Sequence record: ON645936.1 | Reading direction: 5' to 3' (one strand) | DNA length: 64,000 nt | DNA from: Escherichia phage N2 | In this document: positions 36,977-48,424 of the stretch, piece by piece | Numbering within the stretch: position 1 is the first letter of the stretch | Layout: each line of letters opens with the position of its first letter | Translations under genes and position numbers: made by a program | Notes under the pieces: generated by a model | Database searches by the model: none | Seen by the model: only the letters and a program-made list of their open reading frames with translations | What the model was told of the DNA's origin: nothing

Positions 36977-37582
36977 GTGATTATTTCTAAGTTTGTTACA
37001 ATAAAACCAAGAAATCATTCAAAAATGTGGTCGACAATTCTAGGATATAAAGTATCATATCATGATACAGTATCTGTTCCAATAGAATTAATGCCAAAGA
37101 ATAGTAATAAAATAGTTGACGCTAAATGTGATTTGTGCGGTATTAAATTTAGTAGAAGCATTCAGCTTTTAAATAGAACACCTACACATGCATGTAGAAA
37201 ATGTAGCATTAAACAAGTTGCTATTAAAAATTCGGAAGTTCAATCCGGAATAAGCAGACCATGGCAAAGAGGCGATAAACACCCTCGATGGACTGGTAAA
37301 AGAAAAGAGTTTGCATTATATGCTAGTAGAGTTCATTCTATAACTAAGTCAGCTAAAATAAGAAAAATTTGGTCAAAATGGCCGAATGCTGATAAAATAG
37401 GAGTGTGCGGTGTAGAAGGTGCTTACCAACTCGATCATAAAGTATCTATCAAATATGGATTTGATAATTTAATTCCGCCGGAAATTATAGCAAGCGTAAA
37501 AAATTTAGAAATAATCACTTGGGAATCTAACCGAGAAAAGTCAAAAAGAAATAGCGTAGATCTTTGGGATTTACTAGAATGA
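36977..37582 (+). mobile_element. HNH homing endonuclease gene inserted between genes 18 and 19
   Basis: GTG start with GAGGA RBS just after the hairpin; HNH-like core GAYQLDHKVS...IITWESNREKSKRN; Cys pair CDLCG...CRKC upstream. Confidence 0.65.
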
Positions 37583-37667
37583 TTCTAAAGGCCTGTTTCG
37601 GCAGGCCATATAAATACACTATATCCTTAATTCTTTAATTCTATATGCCCTAGGTTAAACATAGGGA

Positions 37668-37675
37668 TATAAATA
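37668..37675 (+). promoter_or_regulatory. Late promoter TATAAATA upstream of gene 19
   Basis: Exact TATAAATA 15 nt upstream of gene 19 ATG. Confidence 0.55.
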
Positions 37676-37689
37676 CTACAGAGGCTAAT

Positions 37690-38181
37690 ATGTTTGTAGA
37701 TGATGTAACACGAGCGTTTGAATCTGGTGATTTTGCTCGACCTAACTTATTCCAAGTAGAAATTTCTTATCTTGGACAAAATTTTACGTTTCAATGTAAA
37801 GCCACTGCTTTACCAGCTGGTATTGTAGAAAAAATTCCAGTCGGATTTATGAACCGTAAAATTAACGTAGCAGGCGATCGTACATTCGATGACTGGACTG
37901 TTACAGTAATGAACGATGAGGCACATGATGCTCGCCAGAAGTTCGTTGATTGGCAAAGCATTGCTGCGGGACAAGGAAACGAAATTACTGGTGGAAAACC
38001 TGCAGAGTATAAAAAGAGCGCTATCGTTCGTCAATATGCTCGTGACGCTAAAACAGTAACAAAAGAAATTGAAATTAAAGGTCTGTGGCCTACTAACGTG
38101 GGTGAACTTCAATTAGATTGGGATTCAAACAATGAAATCCAAACATTTGAAGTAACTCTTGCTCTCGATTATTGGGAATAA
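37690..38181 (+). CDS. 19: Tail tube protein gp19
   Basis: 163 aa as T4 gp19. Confidence 0.95.
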   Translation: MFVDDVTRAFESGDFARPNLFQVEISYLGQNFTFQCKATALPAGIVEKIPVGFMNRKINVAGDRTFDDWTVTVMNDEAHDARQKFVDWQSIAAGQGNEITGGKPAEYKKSAIVRQYARDAKTVTKEIEIKGLWPTNVGELQLDWDSNNEIQTFEVTLALDYWE

Positions 38182-38213
38182 AATGAATGGGGAGAAATCC
38201 CCATCCTGCTTAA

Positions 38214-39838
<1,625 letters not shown>

Positions 39839-39839
<1 letters not shown>

Positions 39840-40087
39840 TGGAAGGTTTAATTGAAGCTATTAAATCAAACGACCTCGTAGCCGCTCGTAAATTCTTTGC
39901 TGAAGCCATGGCTGCAAGAACGATTGATTTAATTAAAGAAGAAAAAATCGCTATCGCTCGTAATTTCTTAATCGAAGGTGAAGAACCTGATGATGAGGAT
40001 GATGAAGACGAGGATGATGACGAAGATAGCGATGATAAAGACGACAAAAAAGACAAAGACTCTGACGAAGACGAGGATGATGAATAA
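39839..40087 (+). CDS. 67: Prohead core protein gp67 with poly-acidic C-terminus
   Basis: 82 aa; C-terminal Asp/Glu run; position after gene 20. Confidence 0.85.
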
Positions 40088-40512
40088 TGCTTCTGATCCC
40101 TGAAACTCATGAATTAGTTCTCGAGAATGTCGAAGCACTTATTCCTGAAGCACAGGGTCGCTTTGACGAATTGTCTTCTGCTTTAAATAAAGACGATATA
40201 AATACAATTGTCGAGAATATGCTTGATGATGAAACTGATTTAGCAATTGCATTAGCTTCTATTAATGAAGATATGCCGCTAAATGAATTCATCGTTAAAC
40301 ATGTTTCTGCTCGTGGTGAAATTACACGTACTAAAGACCGCAAGACGCGTGAACGTAATGCATTTCAAACCACCGGGCTGTCTAAAGCAAAACGTAGACA
40401 AATTGCTCGCAAAGCTACCAAAACGAAGATTGCCAATCCAGCAGGTCAATCTCGTGCTCAGCGTAAGCGTAAAAAAGCTCTTAAACGCCGTAAAGCATTA
40501 GGATTAAGCTAA
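40087..40512 (+). CDS. 68: Prohead core protein gp68
   Basis: 141 aa as T4 gp68; basic C-terminus. Confidence 0.85.
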   Translation: MLLIPETHELVLENVEALIPEAQGRFDELSSALNKDDINTIVENMLDDETDLAIALASINEDMPLNEFIVKHVSARGEITRTKDRKTRERNAFQTTGLSKAKRRQIARKATKTKIANPAGQSRAQRKRKKALKRRKALGLS

Positions 40513-41150
40513 TGAATGAACCCCAATTACTAATTGAAACTTGGGGTCAACCTGGCGAAATTATTGATGGTGTGCCAATGCTTGAATCCCACGATGGAAA
40601 AGACTTAGGTTTAAAACCTGGTTTATACATCGAAGGAATATTCATGCAAGCGGAAGTCGTCAATAGAAATAAACGTCTTTATCCAAAACGCATATTAGAA
40701 AAAGCGGTAAAAGACTATATCAATGAGCAAGTTTTAACTAAACAAGCTCTCGGAGAATTAAATCATCCTCCACGCGCTAATGTTGACCCGATGCAAGCCG
40801 CTATCATTATAGAAGATATGTGGTGGAAAGGAAATGACGTATACGGACGAGCTCGTGTTATTGAAGGTGACCACGGTCCTGGAGATAAATTAGCAGCTAA
40901 TATTCGTGCCGGATGGATTCCAGGAGTTTCTTCTCGTGGATTAGGTTCATTGACTGACACAAATAAAGGTTATCGTATCGTAAACGAAGGATTCAAATTA
41001 ACTGTAGGTGTTGATGCAGTATGGGGTCCAAGTGCTCCAGATGCATGGGTAACTCCTAAGGAAATTACCGAATCACAGACGGCGGAAGCCGATACAAGTG
41101 CCGATGACGCCTATATGGCTCTCGCAGAGGCCATGAAAAAAGCGTTATAA
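40512..41150 (+). CDS. 21: Prohead core protease gp21
   Basis: 212 aa as T4 gp21. Confidence 0.9.
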   Translation: MNEPQLLIETWGQPGEIIDGVPMLESHDGKDLGLKPGLYIEGIFMQAEVVNRNKRLYPKRILEKAVKDYINEQVLTKQALGELNHPPRANVDPMQAAIIIEDMWWKGNDVYGRARVIEGDHGPGDKLAANIRAGWIPGVSSRGLGSLTDTNKGYRIVNEGFKLTVGVDAVWGPSAPDAWVTPKEITESQTAEADTSADDAYMALAEAMKKAL

Positions 41151-41180
41151 ATATTATTATCTAAACAACAGGACTACAAA

Positions 41181-41990
41181 ATGCTTAAAGAACAACTGAT
41201 TGCCGAAGCGCAGAAAATTGATGCTTCCGTTGCTCTTGATAGTATTTTCGAATCAGTTAATATTTCTCCGGAAGCAAAAGAAACTTTCGGCACTGTATTC
41301 GAAGCTACCGTCAAGCAGCACGCCGTTAAATTAGCTGAATCTCATATCGCTAAAATTGCTGAAAAAGCAGAAGAAGAAGTAGAAAAAAATAAAGAAGAAG
41401 CCGAAGAAAAAGCTGAGAAGAAAATCGCTGAGCAAGCTTCTAAATTCATTGACCATCTTGCAAAAGAATGGCTCGCTGAAAATAAATTAGCAGTTGATAA
41501 AGGCATCAAAGCCGAACTGTTTGAATCCATGCTTGGTGGATTAAAAGAGCTCTTTGTTGAACACAACGTTGTTGTTCCAGAAGAATCAGTTGATATTGTA
41601 GCTGAAATGGAAGAAGAGCTGCAAGAACATAAAGAAGAATCAGCTCGTCTGTTCGAAGAACTCAGCATGCGCGACGCATATATCAATTATGTGCAGCGTG
41701 AAGTGGCATTGAGCGAAAGTACTAAAGATCTGACTGAGTCTCAAAAAGAAAAAGTCTCTGCTCTGGTCGAAGGTATGGATTATTCAGATGAATTCTCAAG
41801 TAAATTGAGTGCCATCGTAGAAATGGTGAAGAAGTCTAATAAAGATGAAAGCACTATTACTGAGGGTATAAATACTCCTGATACTGAAGCAGCCGGACTG
41901 AATTTCGTCACTGAAGCTGTAGAAGATAAAGCTGCACCTGGTGCAGAAGATATTGTAAGTGTATATGCGAAAGTCGCATCTCGTTTCTAA
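41181..41990 (+). CDS. 22: Prohead scaffold protein gp22
   Basis: 269 aa as T4 gp22; highly charged helical sequence. Confidence 0.9.
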   Translation: MLKEQLIAEAQKIDASVALDSIFESVNISPEAKETFGTVFEATVKQHAVKLAESHIAKIAEKAEEEVEKNKEEAEEKAEKKIAEQASKFIDHLAKEWLAENKLAVDKGIKAELFESMLGGLKELFVEHNVVVPEESVDIVAEMEEELQEHKEESARLFEELSMRDAYINYVQREVALSESTKDLTESQKEKVSALVEGMDYSDEFSSKLSAIVEMVKKSNKDESTITEGINTPDTEAAGLNFVTEAVEDKAAPGAEDIVSVYAKVASRF

Positions 41991-42008
41991 TTTTAAAGGT
42001 TAACACAA

Positions 42009-43574
42009 ATGACTATCAAAACTAAAGCTGAACTTTTGAACAAATGGAAGCCATTACTGGAAGGTGAAGGCCTGCCGGAAATCGCTAATAGCAAGCAGGC
42101 TATTATCGCTAAAATCTTCGAAAACCAGGAAAAAGATTTCGAAGTATCCCCTGAATATAAAGACGAGAAAATCGCTCAGGCATTTGGTTCTTTCTTGACC
42201 GAAGCTGAAATTGGTGGTGACCACGGTTATAATGCTACCAACATCGCTGCAGGTCAGACTTCTGGCGCAGTAACTCAGATTGGCCCAGCTGTTATGGGTA
42301 TGGTACGTCGTGCCATTCCTAACCTGATTGCTTTCGATATTTGCGGTGTTCAGCCGATGAACAGCCCGACTGGCCAGGTATTCGCACTGCGTGCAGTATA
42401 CGGTAAAGACCCGGTCGCTTCTGGTGCTAAAGAAGCATTCCACCCAATGTATGGTCCAGATGCAATGTTCTCTGGTCAGGGTGCTGCTAAGAAATTCACA
42501 GCTCTGGCTGCTAGCACACAAACCGTTGTAGGTGATATCTATACTCACTTCTTCCAGGACACTGGTACTGTGTATCTGCAAGCTTCCGCTGTAGTAACAA
42601 TCGATCCTAGTGCTAGTGATGCAGCTAAATTAGATGCTGAAATTAAGAAACAAATGGAAGCTGGTGCACTGGTAGAAATCGCTGAAGGTATGGCTACTTC
42701 TATTGCTGAACTTCAGGAAGGTTTCAATGGTTCTACCGATAACCCATGGAATGAAATGGGCTTCCGTATCGATAAACAAGTTATCGAAGCTAAATCTCGC
42801 CAGCTGAAAGCTGCTTACTCTATCGAATTAGCACAAGACCTCCGCGCTGTTCACGGTATGGATGCTGATGCTGAACTGTCTGGCATTCTGGCTACAGAAA
42901 TTATGCTGGAAATCAACCGTGAAGTTGTTGATTGGATTAACTACTCCGCTCAGGTTGGTAAATCTGGTATGACCCTGACTCCAGGTTCTAAAGCTGGTGT
43001 ATTTGACTTCCAGGATCCGATTGATATTCGTGGTGCTCGCTGGGCGGGTGAATCCTTTAAAGCTCTGTTGTTCCAGATTGACAAAGAAGCAGTTGAAATT
43101 GCTCGTCAGACCGGTCGTGGTGAAGGTAACTTCATTATCGCTTCCCGTAACGTAGTTAACGTTCTGGCTTCAGTTGATACCGGCATTTCTTATGCTGCAC
43201 AAGGTCTGGCTACCGGCTTTAACACTGATACTACCAAGTCAGTATTTGCTGGTGTTCTGGGTGGTAAATACCGTGTATATATCGACCAGTATGCTAAACA
43301 GGATTATTTCACTGTAGGTTATAAAGGTCCGAACGAAATGGATGCTGGTATTTACTATGCTCCATATGTAGCTCTGACTCCGCTGCGTGGTTCCGATCCG
43401 AAGAACTTCCAACCAGTAATGGGATTCAAAACTCGTTACGGTATCGGTATCAACCCATTTGCAGAATCCGCTGCTCAGGCTCCGGCTTCTCGCATTCAAA
43501 GCGGTATGCCTTCTATTCTGAATAGCCTTGGTAAAAACGCTTACTTCCGCCGTGTATATGTTAAAGGTATCTAA
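42009..43574 (+). CDS. 23: Major capsid protein gp23
   Basis: 521 aa as T4 gp23; optimal codon usage, strong late expression context. Confidence 0.95.
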   Translation: MTIKTKAELLNKWKPLLEGEGLPEIANSKQAIIAKIFENQEKDFEVSPEYKDEKIAQAFGSFLTEAEIGGDHGYNATNIAAGQTSGAVTQIGPAVMGMVRRAIPNLIAFDICGVQPMNSPTGQVFALRAVYGKDPVASGAKEAFHPMYGPDAMFSGQGAAKKFTALAASTQTVVGDIYTHFFQDTGTVYLQASAVVTIDPSASDAAKLDAEIKKQMEAGALVEIAEGMATSIAELQEGFNGSTDNPWNEMGFRIDKQVIEAKSRQLKAAYSIELAQDLRAVHGMDADAELSGILATEIMLEINREVVDWINYSAQVGKSGMTLTPGSKAGVFDFQDPIDIRGARWAGESFKALLFQIDKEAVEIARQTGRGEGNFIIASRNVVNVLASVDTGISYAAQGLATGFNTDTTKSVFAGVLGGKYRVYIDQYAKQDYFTVGYKGPNEMDAGIYYAPYVALTPLRGSDPKNFQPVMGFKTRYGIGINPFAESAAQAPASRIQSGMPSILNSLGKNAYFRRVYVKGI

Positions 43575-43589
43575 TCTTTGACGATTTAA

Positions 43590-43605
43590 GGGACCTTCGG
43601 GTCCC
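43590..43605 (+). terminator. Rho-independent terminator after gene 23
   Basis: gggaccttcgggtccc followed by T-rich tract. Confidence 0.65.
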
Positions 43606-43622
43606 TTTAGTTGTTTTTATGG

Positions 43623-43630
43623 TATAAATA
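43623..43630 (+). promoter_or_regulatory. Late promoter TATAAATA upstream of gene 24
   Basis: Exact TATAAATA 28 nt upstream of gene 24 ATG. Confidence 0.55.
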
Positions 43631-43657
43631 AATCATATAAACCAAAAGGAAAGCGCA

Positions 43658-44941
43658 ATGGCTAAAATCAACGAACTTCTGCGCGAGTCAACCACAACGA
43701 ATAGCAACTCAATCGGTCGCCCAAATCTCGTTGCTTTGACTCGCGCTACCACTAAATTAATATATTCCGACATTGTAGCAACACAAAGAACTAATCAACC
43801 TGTTGCTGCTTTTTATGGTATCAAATACCTTAACCCAGACAATGAATTTACATTTAAAACTGGTGCTACTTACGCTGGCGAAGCTGGGTACGTAGACCGA
43901 GAACAAATCACAGAATTAACAGAAGAGTCTAAATTAACTCTCAATAAAGGCGATTTATTCAAATATAATAATATCGTTTATAAAGTATTAGAAGATACAC
44001 CATTTGCTGATATTGAAGAAAGCGATTTAGAATTAGCTCTTCAGATTGCAATTGTTCTTTTAAAGGTTCGTCTATTTTCTGATGCAGCATCAACAAGCAA
44101 ATTTGAAAGCTCTGATAGCGAAATTGCGGATGCTAGATTCCAGATTAATAAATGGCAAACCGCAGTTAAATCTCGTAAACTTAAAACTGGCATTACAGTT
44201 GAATTAGCACAAGATTTAGAAGCAAATGGATTCGATGCTCCTAATTTCTTGGAAGATTTGCTTGCAACTGAAATGGCGGATGAAATCAATAAAGATATTC
44301 TGCAATCTTTGATTACAGTATCAAAACGCTATAAAGTTACAGGAATTACTGATACTGGATTCATTGATTTGAGTTATGCATCTGCACCTGAAGCTGGTCG
44401 TTCATTATACCGAATGGTGTGTGAAATGGTTTCGCATATCCAAAAAGAATCAACTTATACTGCAACGTTCTGTGTTGCTTCAGCTCGTGCCGCTGCGATT
44501 CTTGCTGCATCAGGTTGGTTAAAACATAAACCAGAAGATGATAAATATCTTTCACAAAATGCCTATGGGTTCTTAGCTAATGGTTTACCGCTTTATTGCG
44601 ATACTAACAGCCCATTAGATTATGTAATCGTTGGCGTAGTAGAAAATATTGGTGAAAAAGAAATTGTCGGATCAATTTTCTATGCTCCGTATACAGAAGG
44701 TCTTGACTTAGATGACCCTGAACATGTAGGTGCATTTAAAGTTGTAGTTGATCCAGAAAGCTTACAACCATCTATCGGTTTATTGGTTAGATATGCTTTA
44801 TCTGCAAATCCTTACACTGTAGCAAAAGATGAAAAAGAAGCAAGAATAATTGATGGTGGAGACATGGATAAAATGGCGGGTCGTTCAGATTTGTCTGTTT
44901 TATTAGGTGTTAAATTACCAAAAATTATCGTTGATGAATAA
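43658..44941 (+). CDS. 24: Capsid vertex protein gp24
   Basis: 427 aa as T4 gp24; gp23 paralogue. Confidence 0.95.
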   Translation: MAKINELLRESTTTNSNSIGRPNLVALTRATTKLIYSDIVATQRTNQPVAAFYGIKYLNPDNEFTFKTGATYAGEAGYVDREQITELTEESKLTLNKGDLFKYNNIVYKVLEDTPFADIEESDLELALQIAIVLLKVRLFSDAASTSKFESSDSEIADARFQINKWQTAVKSRKLKTGITVELAQDLEANGFDAPNFLEDLLATEMADEINKDILQSLITVSKRYKVTGITDTGFIDLSYASAPEAGRSLYRMVCEMVSHIQKESTYTATFCVASARAAAILAASGWLKHKPEDDKYLSQNAYGFLANGLPLYCDTNSPLDYVIVGVVENIGEKEIVGSIFYAPYTEGLDLDDPEHVGAFKVVVDPESLQPSIGLLVRYALSANPYTVAKDEKEARIIDGGDMDKMAGRSDLSVLLGVKLPKIIVDE

Positions 44942-44947
44942 AACAAA

Positions 44948-44963
44948 GGGACCAAAAGGTCCC
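44948..44963. terminator. Bidirectional terminator between gene 24 (+) and rnlB (-)
   Basis: gggaccaaaaggtccc flanked by T-runs on both strands. Confidence 0.65.
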
Positions 44964-44970
44964 TTTTTAT

Positions 44971-45975
44971 TTAACTTACCAATTCAATCCAAGCCGGACG
45001 AAGTACATCTTGTACCATTTTAACTAATTCCTTTTTAATCAAAGAAGGATTATCCGCTTGAGTTAGAGTAATACCTTCACGAGAAGTTTCTTCCAAAATA
45101 TCTTGAACAGTTAGCCCCATCACCTTTCCAAAATCTTTTGGACCAATTTCGCCAATTTTAGAAATAACATTATTTACTCGGTTCAGTGTAACGTAGCAAG
45201 CTAAAATTCCCAGCAATTTATTATCAGCTTCTGACAACTCAACTTTAGCTTTAATAGGCTTATCAGACTTTTTCTTTTCGCTAAATTTAGAGTTCTTGCA
45301 TTTAATAGCGACACGATTGCCATTAGGCATCCAAGAAGGATAACAAGGTTTCAATACATATCCTTCAGCAGTAAATACTTCGCCTTTTGCTTCGGCATTC
45401 CAAACGCATTTATTTGCATCAACTAATCCAGCATGGTCTACTGTAAAATTATAATCCTGGACGACAGAATCTAAATCATTTGGCAATTTAATAAGTTCTT
45501 CAAATTTACCACGACCCAAAAGTGGAGCCATTTTAAATTTGAATGTATTACAGAATGATTCCATCATATAATCATCGACATAAGTCACATCACCACTTTC
45601 TGTAGTAACAATAATGTCAAATACATAAAAATCTTTATCACCATAATCGACATTCTTCTGAATGCCAGGTCCAGCGAATTCGCCGAAGACTTGATAAGAT
45701 ACAACTGCCGAAGTTTCCATAATATCTTGTACTGCTTTAATGGAATCAGCGTAATTCTTTAGAATAATTTCATACCCAAAGAAATCTTCAGCAGGAAGAA
45801 TCGGTCCAGTACGTTTAGCACAAGTTGCTTTATCGCGTTCAATAATCAGTGAGAAATTTGTGCCATGAATCTTTTCACGAGCTACCCATTCGCCGCCAGT
45901 CAATCCTAAACTGTAAAGTTTTTCAATGAACTTAGAATTGTAATGATTTTCAAGACTGCTATACTTTTTAAACAT
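44971..45975 (-). CDS. rnlB: RNA ligase 2
   Basis: 334 aa as T4 Rnl2; adenylation motif KIHGTN. Confidence 0.9.
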   Translation of the reverse strand: MFKKYSSLENHYNSKFIEKLYSLGLTGGEWVAREKIHGTNFSLIIERDKATCAKRTGPILPAEDFFGYEIILKNYADSIKAVQDIMETSAVVSYQVFGEFAGPGIQKNVDYGDKDFYVFDIIVTTESGDVTYVDDYMMESFCNTFKFKMAPLLGRGKFEELIKLPNDLDSVVQDYNFTVDHAGLVDANKCVWNAEAKGEVFTAEGYVLKPCYPSWMPNGNRVAIKCKNSKFSEKKKSDKPIKAKVELSEADNKLLGILACYVTLNRVNNVISKIGEIGPKDFGKVMGLTVQDILEETSREGITLTQADNPSLIKKELVKMVQDVLRPAWIELVS

Positions 45976-45984
45976 AATTAATCC

Positions 45985-46263
45985 TCAAAATGTAATTTCT
46001 AACCAATCACCATCACGCTGATCACTATTGACTTTAAAGCTAAATCCTTCTTTTCTCAGCCAATCACCAATTTCTTCAGTAATCAATTTATCGCGAGCAG
46101 TGCAATAATAACTAAAATATGTTTTACCTTGCTCAGCTGCTTTATTAGCAAGTTCCGAAAAATCTTTAATAAAACACTCTAGTTTAAACTGTTTACTTTT
46201 AAGTGCTTTTTCGCGTAATTGATTAGCGAAAGATTCATTTTCATAAAAATCATACTGTTCCAT
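45985..46263 (-). CDS. Hypothetical protein (24.2-like)
   Basis: 92 aa ORF between rnlB and hoc. Confidence 0.6.
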   Translation of the reverse strand: MEQYDFYENESFANQLREKALKSKQFKLECFIKDFSELANKAAEQGKTYFSYYCTARDKLITEEIGDWLRKEGFSFKVNSDQRDGDWLEITF

Positions 46264-46465
46264 TTTTCACCTTTTTATTAATATGTCTTTTTCTATAGAC
46301 AACTTTTTCTCGAGTCTCAAATTTATTCTTAGCAGTCATAGCTCGAGCCCATAATACAGCCACTTCCTTTGCCTGTAAGTTCAATTCACGAGCAATTTCA
46401 ATGAATGACTTTCCAGACTCATGGAGTGTAAACACCACAACCTCAGTTCTCATAATCAATCTCAT
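46250..46465 (-). CDS. Hypothetical small basic protein (24.3-like), possible HTH
   Basis: 71 aa ORF; basic C-terminus; overlaps start of 24.2-like ORF. Confidence 0.55.
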   Translation of the reverse strand: MRLIMRTEVVVFTLHESGKSFIEIARELNLQAKEVAVLWARAMTAKNKFETREKVVYRKRHINKKVKNGTV

Positions 46466-46534
46466 GTTATCGAGTTAATGCCATTATATACAACGTTTTC
46501 TGATTGTGTTTTGCGTGCTTTCAAAATGAAGAAA

Positions 46535-46548
46535 GGGGCCGAAGCCCC
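46535..46548 (-). other. GGGGCTTCGGCCCC stem-loop after hoc
   Basis: Same hairpin sequence as at 3540 and 36946. Confidence 0.4.
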
Positions 46549-46553
46549 TAAGA

Positions 46554-47684
46554 TTATGGATAGGTATAGATGATACCAGTTTCTAAAGCAGTTTTATGAA
46601 TGATGTATCCATTACGCGATTCTTGGACATCAACTTCTGGATAATCTTTCATCATCTTCTGGAGAGTGTAACGATGCAGGTAGTATTTACTATCTGGATC
46701 GTCAGTTTTCCAATCTTTACCTTCTTCAGTCATTTTTTGGATTTCATCCATAACCCACCAACCGCACCAGATGTAAGCTGAAGTACGATGTGGAAGAGGA
46801 TGGACATAAGGCAATTCACCTTCTGGTTCTGGAGCAACTTTATCAGTTACCTGAACTTGACCTGTTGCTGTAATAGTTTTGCTATCATAATCAGCAGCAG
46901 TAACAGTTGCAGTAACTTCAATAGTTTGACTTCCAATAGATGAGGTATCAACTGTATATACATTAGTTGACCCTTCTACAGGAGAAGAATCTTTCTTCCA
47001 CGAGTAAGTAATTTGTGCTTCTTCTGGAGCACCCGTAACATTAGCCGTAAATGTAGCCGAAGCATCTTTCTGAACGTTAATAGAAGGAGGAGTCAATGTA
47101 ACCTGTGGATTCATTGTCTTCTTATTAACCGTTAATGACACTTCATTAGAAGTAACGCTTAGTGCATCATAATCTGTCGCGGTTACTTGAGCTATACACT
47201 TGATTTTTTTAACTCCGCTTGTGGTAGGAGTGTAATTGAATGTAGCGCTAGTTGCTTCGTCCACAGGAGAATCATCTACATACCACTGATACGTAGCAGA
47301 TGCTCCATCAGGTTGAGAAGCTAAGGCAGCAGTAAATTGAACTGGGGTTCCGATTACTCCAGCGTCAGGGTTATCAGGAGTTACAGCCAATGTAGTTGAC
47401 TGAGTTTTATTTTTAACTGTGATAGTTGTTGTCGCTTCAGCCGTTTCCGGGCCTCCTTCAGAAAGTGTATTTGTTGCAACAACTTTAATTGTTTTTGTTC
47501 CAGCAGGTCCTTTTAATACATAATTAAAAGTTGCTTCAGCTCCATCTTGTGGAACATTATCTACGCTCCAAGCATATGTAATAGGTCCATCTCCAGTTTG
47601 ACCACTGGGTGTAGCAGTAAACTGCTGAGTCTGATCTATAACTCCAGTAGGTGTTTTAGGAGTTATATCAACTGTAAAAGTCAT
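46554..47684 (-). CDS. hoc: Highly immunogenic outer capsid protein Hoc
   Basis: 376 aa as T4 Hoc; repeated Ig-like T/V-rich domains. Confidence 0.9.
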   Translation of the reverse strand: MTFTVDITPKTPTGVIDQTQQFTATPSGQTGDGPITYAWSVDNVPQDGAEATFNYVLKGPAGTKTIKVVATNTLSEGGPETAEATTTITVKNKTQSTTLAVTPDNPDAGVIGTPVQFTAALASQPDGASATYQWYVDDSPVDEATSATFNYTPTTSGVKKIKCIAQVTATDYDALSVTSNEVSLTVNKKTMNPQVTLTPPSINVQKDASATFTANVTGAPEEAQITYSWKKDSSPVEGSTNVYTVDTSSIGSQTIEVTATVTAADYDSKTITATGQVQVTDKVAPEPEGELPYVHPLPHRTSAYIWCGWWVMDEIQKMTEEGKDWKTDDPDSKYYLHRYTLQKMMKDYPEVDVQESRNGYIIHKTALETGIIYTYP

Positions 47685-47693
47685 AAGTTATCC

Positions 47694-48374
47694 TTATTTT
47701 AATGTTACGAAAGAAGAATTGCGTGTTTCACGAATTAAAACTGATCCATCACGATTAATGTAATAAATTAAGCTAAATAAAGTTTGGTGTGCTGACGCGT
47801 GTTCAAAACTAGTTGGGTGAGATTTCCAATCCGGAGTTTCAGCTATCCATTGATAAATCCACCAAGGAACAGTGCAGAATCCTGGATTTTTTCCAATCAG
47901 CTGAAGATTCGGACTAAAGTTTTCCGGAAGAGTAAATACAGACGGCTTTTCAGATTCAATAATCTCAGCTACAGCCTGTTCAAATTTTTCTTCAACAAAA
48001 GGAGTATCTTCAATCAAAACATCGGTATTTTCGGGAATTTTATCCATTTCTACTACTTCAATTTTAATATCAGATTTAACCGGAGAATCAATCAGAAGTG
48101 CTGCTTCTGGATTGACTTCTTCATCGTCATATTTTAACCCCTCTGCGGCATCAGCAGCATCAATTAAGTCTTTAATAGATAACCCATCAGTCTCTGGCAT
48201 AGGTTCACTAGCGAGCTTCTGGAGGGCTTCTTCAATATCAGCAACGATATTATCAAAAGATTTATTCTTTTTGACCTTTATACCAAACTGTTCAGCGTAT
48301 TCAGCTAATTTAGCTTTAGCTTCTTTGTTATCATCAAGAGCCTTCAGCTCTGCAATATAATCTTTATCTATCAT
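47694..48374 (-). CDS. inh: Inhibitor of prohead protease Inh
   Basis: 226 aa as T4 Inh; synteny. Confidence 0.8.
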   Translation of the reverse strand: MIDKDYIAELKALDDNKEAKAKLAEYAEQFGIKVKKNKSFDNIVADIEEALQKLASEPMPETDGLSIKDLIDAADAAEGLKYDDEEVNPEAALLIDSPVKSDIKIEVVEMDKIPENTDVLIEDTPFVEEKFEQAVAEIIESEKPSVFTLPENFSPNLQLIGKNPGFCTVPWWIYQWIAETPDWKSHPTSFEHASAHQTLFSLIYYINRDGSVLIRETRNSSFVTLK

Positions 48375-48387
48375 AATATTTCCTCAG

Positions 48388-48395
48388 TATAAATA
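48388..48395 (+). promoter_or_regulatory. Late promoter TATAAATA upstream of uvsW
   Basis: Exact TATAAATA 30 nt upstream of uvsW ATG. Confidence 0.55.
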
Positions 48396-48424
48396 TAGAT
48401 ATATTTATTACATGGTATTTAGAC

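Noticed and set aside
41342-42581. Antisense ORFs inside genes 22 and 23 (114 aa and 175 aa)
   Set aside because: Fully embedded opposite to highly conserved structural genes; no independent start signals.
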